Positions 1 to 6,879 of a stretch of 59,252 bases of DNA are shown here, piece by piece. Location: the IMG/VR virus record IMGVR_UViG_3300042975_000012; one strand, given 5' to 3'. The position numbers and the translations under genes were made by a program. The stretch comes from a virus. The notes under the pieces were generated by a model. It searched no databases. It worked only from the letters and a program-made list of their open reading frames with translations, and had not been told where the DNA came from. Position 1 is the stretch's first letter. Each line of letters opens with the position of its first letter.

Positions 1-211
1 AAATCTAATTTCCCTTCTTTGCTTTTCTTAAGCGTCTCTTCAAGAGCCTGCGAGCGCCGACTTAGCTCATAGACCTCACCTTTGAACCGCTCTTTGTAAT
101 CAGAACTCAGAATAAGCGGAACAATAGTCTTCCAATCGGTTGGATAAGCCATAATAGATTCCTTTCAATCTAAAATATAAACTCAAAAATGCCCTCCGGA
201 GGAAAAAATAG
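1..211. repeat. Terminal overlap copy 1, identical to 59042..59252 (circularly closing contig or short direct terminal repeat)
   Basis: Both ends compared base by base, 211/211 identical. 1..152 (-) merely duplicates the 5' part of CDS 58936..59193. Unique length 59041 bp. Confidence 0.95.
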
Positions 212-338
212 GAGCGCCGCGATGCATGACCCCATGTGATTTTTTCGGACCCCTCCCCCCCATATCAAATATGAGAATGAAATTCGGAATGAGGGAGTCT
301 GAGACCATCACATAGAGTCATAATGGGTATATATTTAA

Positions 339-590
339 TTATTTAATTTCAACTTTGGTATAGAGACCAAGCACATTCATATCAATTATCTCATCGATTG
401 CTCGTTGAATCTCTTTATCATTCTCAATTTCACTAAGTTCATCACTTGTGTTTGAGATTCTATCTAAGTAACTACAAGTATTGTAACCTTTAATCACTGT
501 ATCAAATGTGTTCCATTCATCGAACTGTGTTATAGGATTATAAGGATTGTCAACTGTAGTAAGAGCATAACTTGTCATGATGTTAATCAC
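339..590 (-). CDS. Hypothetical small acidic protein (83 aa)
   Basis: ORF on the coding strand between the RNAP-like gene and the packaging module. No motif recognised. Weak RBS, so the start may be M1 or M5. Confidence 0.5.
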   Translation of the reverse strand: MINIMTSYALTTVDNPYNPITQFDEWNTFDTVIKGYNTCSYLDRISNTSDELSEIENDKEIQRAIDEIIDMNVLGLYTKVEIK

Positions 591-932
591 TTACTGTATC
601 AAACATAGTGATTGATACTAATAGTTTGCATACTAACAACCAACAATCATATAGCAATATTAATAGTAACAATAAAGCTGTAGTAAATCAATAGTAAAAT
701 AAAGCTATATGTTATGTAGTTAGTAATGAATAGTAGTATAAGATAGTATGCATGGAACCATATAGGAACTATCATAGTACATAGATACTAAATAGGAATA
801 GTTGGTATACTGTTCCATGCATACTAAGTAGGAGTATCATACTATAACCATGATACGACAATAGAATGGTGGCTAATAAGTATCTCGATTATAGTGTTGG
901 GTATTATTAACTGGATAGTATAGTAGTACTAT
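591..932. other. 342-bp non-coding A+T-rich region saturated with TAGTA/ATACTA words
   Basis: No ORF on either strand. Stops in all frames. Lies between the RNAP-like gene and the last gene before the packaging module. Confidence 0.7.
744..826. repeat. Perfect 15-bp inverted repeat tagtatgcatggaac / gttccatgcatacta with 53-bp spacer
   Basis: Arms at 744..758 and 812..826 read directly and are exact reverse complements. Confidence 0.9.
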
Positions 933-3869
933 CTAATCATTGATACGGGCTATAGTTGATGCACTAACCTCCAACATGTCAGCGATGTCCGCCTGAGTAT
1001 AACCATTAGCCAACATAGACTTAGCTCTGGCTATCTTAGCATCACTCAGTCCTTGAGACTGATGGGGCATGGATAGTTCAGTAAGCTTATCTACATTAGC
1101 ATTGGCTACTATCTCTTTCATCATGTTGTTTGTAATAGCACCCGCCTGTATTGCTTCCCATTCAAGAGGGGTAATAGGATTATCTTTAGACCCTATATCT
1201 CTCTTAGATGCCCCTACATCTACACGAGCCTGGGCTAGGCATTGACCACGAAGTTTGCTCTTATGCTCACTATCCATGTTCTTGTTAGCCTCTAACTTTG
1301 TTTTATATACGGCATACCCGAGTGACTGTGCCTGCCGTTCAAGGGGCTTCTTGGAATAGGCCACCTTAATCTTAGCCCGTAGGCTTTCCACCTGGGGGGC
1401 ATACTTCTTAGCAGACTGGGGGGAGTATGTTAACTTAAGGGTGGGGTCTATCATAGCGAGACGGGCCTCGTTACCTAGAGCCTTTAACTTATTAGCATGC
1501 TCGGCATAGATGTTCTCTATAGGATAGTTTCCTTTAGAGATGAGGGTACGAGCATCTGTTGCTTCAGCCATCTTAGAGGACTTAGTCATACGTGTTATAG
1601 TACGTCCAGTCTTCTCCATAATAACTCTACCAGTCTTAGGGTTAATACGATCTGTCTTACGAAGCTCATCATAGGTAGAACCAGTATTACGATAGATGTA
1701 ACGTCCAGTCTTGGGATCTATAGGACCAACTGTCTTATAGTAGATCTTCTTACCAGTACGAGAATCTATCTTACCATCTGTCTCATTAACTTTCTGCAAT
1801 CGACGTTCAGGAATGAGGACCTGAGATTTTGCTTTAGAGATAAGAGTAGATGAACCATGCTTTGTTTTACCATTGGCACCAAGTCCATTATCCTGATACT
1901 CATTCTGAAGACTCTTGATATTAAGTTCAGTCTTAGCTCTACGATAATCAAGATTATGCTTGACCGCATCAATAACAACCATAGAATACTTAGTAGCTCG
2001 AGTTAGTTCCTCGGGACTGGCACCCTTGATTGTCATATCAGTAATAAGATTAGACGCGATACCCATTTCTTTCTGTTTAAACTTATCACCCATTGGTTTA
2101 GCTTTATAAACAGAAACTTTCTTTCCAGTCTTATCGGTTGTGTGACCGATAATAGGATTCGGATATGCATCTGATGGGTCAAAGTTCTTCAGTCCAGGTA
2201 GAGCAGGAGCAGTACGAAGGCCACGGTTGCCACCTTTGTTTGGAACTACAACTACAGAGTCACCATCGAAATCAGCACCAGAAAGCCGCTCAGCCACCTT
2301 ATGATTAATCCCCACCATATCTTTAGGATTCTTACCAACAGCTGCTATAGCAGGCTTAAACGTGTTATTAACAGTAAGTGTAGGAATCTCAAAGATACCA
2401 CCATGTGGGTAGCGAATAAGATTAACTACTTCACCATTCTGATAACCGGGTGCATATATTTCATTCTCCTTCATAGTGGGGAATGGAAGAATAACACGCT
2501 GACTTTGTCTTGGTAGAGCAGCAGCTTTCAAATGCACGGCATCCGAATCACAAGAATTTGAGAAGTTCTCTAACAATTTCTTTTTGATAACAGGATTTGT
2601 TAGTGAATTTATCTCATCAAATTGTGCACGCTTAATATCATAAGCTAATCCCAACTGACGTTTAGCTAAGACACTAGACTGTTTAGACAATACCTGTGAT
2701 GATATAGCTCGATGCCAATCACCCCAAGTACCTTCATCATTCACCTTATTCACTACAGCAAGATGGTCTTTACCATTCTTATCTTTGTAATGATATTGAC
2801 CGCCAGCCATGATAGTCGCACCGAATGGATTAGACATATCAATATCGCCAGCATCAGTCTTCTTCATAGGCTTGAGAACAGAACTATCTTTTCCACCAAG
2901 CATAGGAGTACCCTTATGCTTATTGGTATTGAATATAACATCGACACCAGGTGGGAAGTCAGCAGGGTCACCATACATGGCCATACCCTTAAGATAGTGG
3001 GTACCATCAACACCGATGCGAACCTGAGCATAATGGGATTTACCAAGTGATACATCGGCAACACCTGGTCTAATCTCCATTACACCATCTTTAGCTACGC
3101 CACCTTCTTCTGCATATCGAACTGATATACGCTTTGAAGATAAAGAAGTAGGAGGTTCAGCAGCCCAATAATCACCAGTACCATCTCTTTTATTAGTATG
3201 ACCGGGCAATGATATTTCATCTTGATGAGATATAACATCCTTATATGTAGTATCTGGTGGAGCAAGGACCTTTCGAGTGATAAACTTTCCAGGATTACCA
3301 AGTTCGGGAACCTTAACATAATGAACCGTATAACCTTGGTCCTTGAGCATGGTAATGGCTGAACTTAACTTGGTCGAAGATATCCCATATCCAACTTCAG
3401 TACCTTTACCGATGTCCAAATATGTTTTGGAATCGACATCAGCTTTGACTGCATCAACAGTCTTAGTGAGCTTGGCTTGCCTATCCTTATCATAAGGGAG
3501 CAGCATGTTGCGAACTGTACCACCAGAGACATTAAGTTGTTCAGCAATATTGTCAACCGAATATCCTTTAGCTTTCAGCTTAAGAACTTGATCGCGATTA
3601 TATTGCATCATATAATCTTTGCCAATAGTGGTGTTGTCCCGCAAATATGCGATAGGAACATCAAAATGTTCAGCTATTTGTTTCTCACTAAGACCCGATT
3701 TTTTCAAATCCTGAATCTGTTTATAAACGCCAGTATAATGTTGCGCAGCATCTTCACCAGACATCCAAGGAAATCTTCCAGAATGTGGAATAAGTCCTTC
3801 ATGCGGGCGCCCGGAATGTGCGATATAGTCATCTGACTCGTCTATCATATATAATTCGTCAGAAGTCAT
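933..3869 (-). CDS. Single-polypeptide two-barrel RNA polymerase candidate (YonO-like) with N-terminal and C-terminal HTH modules
   Basis: aa 484-545 VNLIRYPHGG...GINHKVAERLSGADFDGDSVVVVP matches the beta-prime catalytic DPBB (LNRAPTLHR...LHPLVxxAYNADFDGDQMAVHVP); DFDGD is encoded at 2259..2273. aa 284-320 GVDGTHYLKGMAMYGDPADFPPGVDVIFNTN resembles the beta DPBB (GRHGNKGV...EDMP...VDIVLNPL). HTH-like segments at aa 58-80, 101-123 and 955-977. ATG at 3869 has RBS AAGGA. Confidence 0.6.
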   Translation of the reverse strand: MTSDELYMIDESDDYIAHSGRPHEGLIPHSGRFPWMSGEDAAQHYTGVYKQIQDLKKSGLSEKQIAEHFDVPIAYLRDNTTIGKDYMMQYNRDQVLKLKAKGYSVDNIAEQLNVSGGTVRNMLLPYDKDRQAKLTKTVDAVKADVDSKTYLDIGKGTEVGYGISSTKLSSAITMLKDQGYTVHYVKVPELGNPGKFITRKVLAPPDTTYKDVISHQDEISLPGHTNKRDGTGDYWAAEPPTSLSSKRISVRYAEEGGVAKDGVMEIRPGVADVSLGKSHYAQVRIGVDGTHYLKGMAMYGDPADFPPGVDVIFNTNKHKGTPMLGGKDSSVLKPMKKTDAGDIDMSNPFGATIMAGGQYHYKDKNGKDHLAVVNKVNDEGTWGDWHRAISSQVLSKQSSVLAKRQLGLAYDIKRAQFDEINSLTNPVIKKKLLENFSNSCDSDAVHLKAAALPRQSQRVILPFPTMKENEIYAPGYQNGEVVNLIRYPHGGIFEIPTLTVNNTFKPAIAAVGKNPKDMVGINHKVAERLSGADFDGDSVVVVPNKGGNRGLRTAPALPGLKNFDPSDAYPNPIIGHTTDKTGKKVSVYKAKPMGDKFKQKEMGIASNLITDMTIKGASPEELTRATKYSMVVIDAVKHNLDYRRAKTELNIKSLQNEYQDNGLGANGKTKHGSSTLISKAKSQVLIPERRLQKVNETDGKIDSRTGKKIYYKTVGPIDPKTGRYIYRNTGSTYDELRKTDRINPKTGRVIMEKTGRTITRMTKSSKMAEATDARTLISKGNYPIENIYAEHANKLKALGNEARLAMIDPTLKLTYSPQSAKKYAPQVESLRAKIKVAYSKKPLERQAQSLGYAVYKTKLEANKNMDSEHKSKLRGQCLAQARVDVGASKRDIGSKDNPITPLEWEAIQAGAITNNMMKEIVANANVDKLTELSMPHQSQGLSDAKIARAKSMLANGYTQADIADMLEVSASTIARIND

Positions 3870-3886
3870 CAAGTATCCTTATGTAG

Positions 3887-4468
3887 TTATAAATCCAAAC
3901 CTTGGGTTGCTCGGATTTCTCGAATAAGTTTATCTTTAGAAATAATAGAGTCCATAAGATGTGCAATCTGGTCAACCGTAGGATGTTCTTCGCGAATCTG
4001 ATTGAACTGATAGATCCGAGTTGTGAATTTAAGAGCTCCCGGCTTAATATGGTATTCAAGACAGAACAATGCAGAGTAGATATACAGTTGCTCCATATGA
4101 CCATTAATCTTCAAACCGGTCTTTAAGTCCATAACAAGTAAATCATGTCGTTCAGGAATATAACGAATAGCATCTGCTGCACCAAAACAATATTCGGAAT
4201 AGAATAAGGTTACCTCCGATGCACAATCATAACGAAGTGAATCATTGACAAACATATTCAATGTCTGTTTTGTATTTGGTAACTTCTGACCCATCTTAAT
4301 AAGCATGGATGCTAGCTCATGTTGTTTGGTTCCATATTCCTTAGCTGCTTCTGAGTTGTACCAATCATAAAAGACAGCATCGTCCTTACCAGCCCATGTA
4401 TACTTACTAGGCGATAATATAGAATGTTTACCAGAAAGTTGCCCATGATAGTTAAATTCAAAAACCAT
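3887..4468 (-). CDS. PD-(D/E)XK nuclease, RecB/Cas4-like exonuclease
   Basis: Motifs GAADAI, VMDLKTG (D-x-K) and EQLYIYS (QxxxY). ATG at 4468 overlaps the upstream TGA. Confidence 0.55.
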   Translation of the reverse strand: MVFEFNYHGQLSGKHSILSPSKYTWAGKDDAVFYDWYNSEAAKEYGTKQHELASMLIKMGQKLPNTKQTLNMFVNDSLRYDCASEVTLFYSEYCFGAADAIRYIPERHDLLVMDLKTGLKINGHMEQLYIYSALFCLEYHIKPGALKFTTRIYQFNQIREEHPTVDQIAHLMDSIISKDKLIREIRATQGLDL

Positions 4469-4779
4469 CACAACACACCCTTATGATCAAAGTAATTACG
4501 AAGATCCATCAAGACTTGAGCTTCATTCTCTGGGTATATGAAAGATGCAAAAGCTCCAGTATCTTTAAAATGTTGAATATACCAATCCTGATTTGGTTGA
4601 TGGGGATCAGATGAGCTACGCTTCGCTTCGAGCATTGCAAAATATGGACCGACATAAATACTCAAGTCTGGAATGCCCTGAATATAATTAGGATCATTCT
4701 TTTCGACAAGACAATTTGGTATTAAATCCTCAATTCGTTCTATCAAATTCATTTGATAGTCGTTTTCAAGTCGAGCCAC
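4468..4779 (-). CDS. VRR-NUC-type nuclease (103 aa)
   Basis: GIPDLSIY...AMLEAKR is a PD...ExK signature with a downstream Q. GTG start with RBS AAAGGAA. Confidence 0.5.
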   Translation of the reverse strand: MARLENDYQMNLIERIEDLIPNCLVEKNDPNYIQGIPDLSIYVGPYFAMLEAKRSSSDPHQPNQDWYIQHFKDTGAFASFIYPENEAQVLMDLRNYFDHKGVL

Positions 4780-4813
4780 TTTTAGGTTCCTTTCGAAAAA
4801 ATGACAAATAAAG

Positions 4814-4850
4814 AGGGAGATGTGTGTTGTTTAAAACGGCGCATCTCCCT
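4814..4850 (-). terminator. Hairpin AGGGAGATG/CATCTCCCT plus T-rich tail directly downstream of a motif-A promoter
   Basis: 9-bp perfect arms at 4814..4822 and 4842..4850. The RC strand continues CTTTATTTGTCATTTTTT. Confidence 0.5.
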
Positions 4851-4854
4851 TTCT

Positions 4855-4879
4855 CTCTATTATACCCCATGTAATTTTT
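4855..4879 (-). promoter_or_regulatory. Motif A promoter-like element
   Basis: RC reads AAAAATTACATGGGGTATAATAGAG. Confidence 0.5.
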
Positions 4880-4884
4880 AGCGA

Positions 4885-4899
4885 ATATAGTGACTTTTT
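4885..4899 (-). promoter_or_regulatory. Motif B (AAAAAGTCACTATAT)
   Basis: RC reads AAAAAGTCACTATAT. One of 9-10 copies. Confidence 0.4.
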
Positions 4900-4910
4900 G
4901 AAAAAGGCTA

Positions 4911-5729
4911 TTATGCTGTTTTTTCGGGAAAAGCATCAGATTTCTTCATACGATAAATATGAAGTCCGTCCAATGTCTCATGTTTGTTATCAGCTAGTAC
5001 TGCATATACACGACTTGTACTAACATTAAAATGCTTGGCCAGTTCCATAGGTGAATAGAATATATCTTGTGTTTCTAAACAGACAATGACTGTATCTGCA
5101 TTATCGTTTGCTTCTTTCAAATATACGGTTCCTGGTTCGGGTTGATAAAGATTTGAGAATTTAAGATTCTGATGATTATCATCTCGGTATCCTATAGTTC
5201 TACTTGGATCATAAAAATAGAATGCTCCAAGAACCAAAGCAGCAACTTGAATAGCTTTACGAGTATTATCAATCTTTACATCAACATATGGAATATCTGG
5301 TTTTCTGGTAACATTATATAAAAATCGATGTTGCTCATCGTCCCATACATGACCATAATTGCTAATGTAATATCGAGGATACATAATATTTCGATATACC
5401 ATCTTTTTGAACTTCTCATCAGAAGCTCGTTTGTGAGTATCCAAATATTGATCTCCACTTTGTCCACTAATTTTGAACCAGTAGTTCTTTGGATTAATGG
5501 CAATACTATAGCCTTTTGCCGAACGAGCTCGTACCATGCCTTTATGAGGTCCTGAGGATATGACTGGGCATAGACCTTTGGCTCGACTATTGTATATGCC
5601 TTTGTTGAAGACACGGTACTTGTTACTTACCAGATATCCAGGTAAGATATCGTTTACATCGAGGTCGAGGAAGACTTCATCTTCCATACGTACTTCTGCA
5701 ATATCATCTAATACACTTGAATCATACAT
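4911..5729 (-). CDS. Free-standing homing-endonuclease-like protein (NUMOD4-type N-terminus, HNH/AP2-like middle, C-terminal HTH)
   Basis: YISNYGHVWD and LVSNKYRVFN (NUMOD4-like), GYRDDNHQNLKFSNL, C-terminal ELAKHFNVSTSRVYAVL. RBS AAAGGAG. Confidence 0.5.
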   Translation of the reverse strand: MYDSSVLDDIAEVRMEDEVFLDLDVNDILPGYLVSNKYRVFNKGIYNSRAKGLCPVISSGPHKGMVRARSAKGYSIAINPKNYWFKISGQSGDQYLDTHKRASDEKFKKMVYRNIMYPRYYISNYGHVWDDEQHRFLYNVTRKPDIPYVDVKIDNTRKAIQVAALVLGAFYFYDPSRTIGYRDDNHQNLKFSNLYQPEPGTVYLKEANDNADTVIVCLETQDIFYSPMELAKHFNVSTSRVYAVLADNKHETLDGLHIYRMKKSDAFPEKTA

Positions 5730-5784
5730 AATATGCTCCTTTTCTAGTATGATTTATACTACTTTTTGCTATAGGTATTAAGCG

Positions 5785-5838
5785 AAAATATAGTCCTTTT
5801 CAAAAAGTCACTATATTACGCCCACTTTTGTGGTCAAT
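5785..5838. promoter_or_regulatory. Back-to-back motif-B pair (imperfect minus copy, perfect plus copy) followed by a GCCCACTTTTGTGGTCA box
   Basis: aatatagtcctttt/caaaaagtcactatatt is a near-palindrome. The plus-oriented copy at 5803..5817 is opposite to all coding. Confidence 0.45.
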
Positions 5839-5960
5839 TTCAAAAACTTTTTATATGTGTTAAAACCCTATATATATTATTTTACTTAATAATTCTGTAA
5901 GTTTATAAAAAGGGGGTAATTTCTGGCCAAACTGGGCCTAAAAGGCCGTTTTTTGGCTCT

Positions 5961-6039
5961 AAAAGAGTATACTTGCGAGAGGAGTATACTTGCGAGAGCC
6001 CTTCTCGCAACTGTACTCTTCTCGCAAGTATACTCTTTT
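5961..6039. repeat. 79-bp composite palindrome: two direct copies of GAGTATACTTGCGAGA facing two inverted copies
   Basis: aaaagagtatacttgcgaga ggagtatacttgcgaga gccc ttctcgcaactgtactc ttctcgcaagtatactctttt. Candidate origin or operator. Confidence 0.85.
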
Positions 6040-6075
6040 AGCACCTTTTTTGACCATTTTAGTCTACAAAAAATT

Positions 6076-6112
6076 AAAAAGTCACTATATTTTGCCCACC
6101 TTTCTGGCCACT
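6076..6112 (+). promoter_or_regulatory. Second plus-oriented motif B plus GCCCACCTTTCTGGCCA box
   Basis: ttaaaaagtcactatattttgcccacctttctggcca is a direct repeat of the 5801..5838 unit. Confidence 0.45.
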
Positions 6113-6145
6113 TTTGCTCTAAATTGTATGTCCTTTCAACACAAA

Positions 6146-6170
6146 AATATAGGACTTTGTAAATCCTATA
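6146..6170. terminator. Bidirectional intrinsic terminator
   Basis: atatagga-ctttgtaaa-tcctatat, 8-bp stem flanked by an A-run upstream and a T8 run downstream. Confidence 0.7.
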
Positions 6171-6186
6171 TTTTTTTTCAAATCAA

Positions 6187-6477
6187 TTAGTTAGTTATTT
6201 CCAAGTAAGAGTTAATCTGAACGTATCTCACGAACTCACAACACTTTGCCATACCTTGCTTAATATAATTGATATCGTCTTCACTCACTAATGGATATAA
6301 ATCTAAAATCGTTTGACATTCGTTTACAGTCTTCTTGAATTCTTCAAGAATTCTAAAATACGTCTGCTTCGACGATTCAGCGATTTTATCACTACTGATT
6401 ACAGCCAACACCAATTCATTATTCCTTGTATTCAAAGTGTCCATAGTCTTGATAAGGTCCTGAATAGTTTCTTCCAT
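6187..6477 (-). CDS. Hypothetical protein (96 aa)
   Basis: The track ORF starts MKGIIM. The first ATG lies inside the conserved leader CTATGAAAGGAATTATCATG, so the real start is the second ATG at 6477. Confidence 0.6.
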   Translation of the reverse strand: MEETIQDLIKTMDTLNTRNNELVLAVISSDKIAESSKQTYFRILEEFKKTVNECQTILDLYPLVSEDDINYIKQGMAKCCEFVRYVQINSYLEITN

Positions 6478-6499
6478 GATAATTCCTTTCATAGTTATT

Positions 6500-6523
6500 C
6501 TTCATTATATACTATGTAAAAAA
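6500..6523 (-). promoter_or_regulatory. Motif A promoter-like element
   Basis: RC reads TTTTTTACATAGTATATAATGAAG, then the leader and RBS of 6187..6477. Confidence 0.6.
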
Positions 6524-6547
6524 TAAAGAACAACTATGAAATATTGG

Positions 6548-6640
6548 TCAGTATGCAACCATTCCAATTAATATAGACCCGGTTATGAGTGCTATATCTT
6601 TCCATGGAATTTCAGATTTTTCTTCTTTCTGGTCATCCAT
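6548..6640 (-). CDS. Small membrane peptide (30 aa)
   Basis: RBS AAAGGAGAATACT then ATG. MDDQKEEKSEIPWKDIALITGSILIGMVAY has a C-terminal TM. The longer track ORF runs through the promoter and hairpin. Confidence 0.4.
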   Translation of the reverse strand: MDDQKEEKSEIPWKDIALITGSILIGMVAY

Positions 6641-6662
6641 AGTATTCTCCTTTCTAAAAAAA

Positions 6663-6710
6663 AAGAAGTCTATACACATCGTACAGTCACGATGTCCCAT
6701 AAACTTCTTC
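6663..6710 (-). ncRNA. Leader hairpin cassette without twin repeats (outer stem plus inner ACATCGT/ACGATGT stem) followed by a T9 run
   Basis: The outer 5' arm is the GAAGAAGT of motif A. The inner 7-bp stem is perfect. Confidence 0.4.
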
Positions 6711-6729
6711 ATTATACAACATGTAAAAA
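6707..6729 (-). promoter_or_regulatory. Motif A promoter-like element
   Basis: RC reads TTTTTACATGTTGTATAATGAAG. Confidence 0.55.
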
Positions 6730-6775
6730 TGTATACTCGCTCATCCAAAAAGGGCCCTCACATGCCTCTGAGAAG

Positions 6776-6878
6776 CACATAAAGGGCCCTTAGAGCGACT
6801 TTTAGGGTAACTACGATAGATTATTCATGTTTACTATTTGAGGTCCTTACAACGAAACCTCGTATCTAGTAACTTTTT
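6776..6878 (-). repeat. Dispersed ~105-bp non-coding repeat, copy 1 (partner 10014..10118)
   Basis: Shared blocks cacataaagggcccttagagcgacttttagg, gatagattattcat and aacctcgtatctagtRactttt. Confidence 0.8.
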
Positions 6879-6879
6879 C

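Noticed and set aside
1-152. A separate truncated gene at the left edge of the window
   Set aside because: It is the same sequence as 59042..59193, the 5' part of CDS 58936..59193, present twice only because of the terminal overlap.
3859-4104. 81-aa minus-strand ORF overlapping the nuclease gene and the RNAP-like gene start
   Set aside because: It is out of frame within 3887..4468, which has clear PD-(D/E)XK motifs. It has no independent RBS.
5953-6190. Plus-strand ORFs 5953..6162 and 5990..6190 in the non-coding hub
   Set aside because: They read straight through the 79-bp palindrome and the bidirectional terminator and have no RBS. The region is better explained as an origin or regulatory hub.
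6478-6492. The recurring N-terminal peptide MKGIIM (also at 8499..8513, 29057..29071, 30638..30652 and 31067..31081; MKGNIM at 29551..29565)
   Set aside because: This is not a conserved signal peptide. The first ATG and the AAAGGAA that follows belong to the invariant leader CTATGAAAGGAATTATCATG, in which AAAGGAA is the ribosome-binding site for the second ATG.
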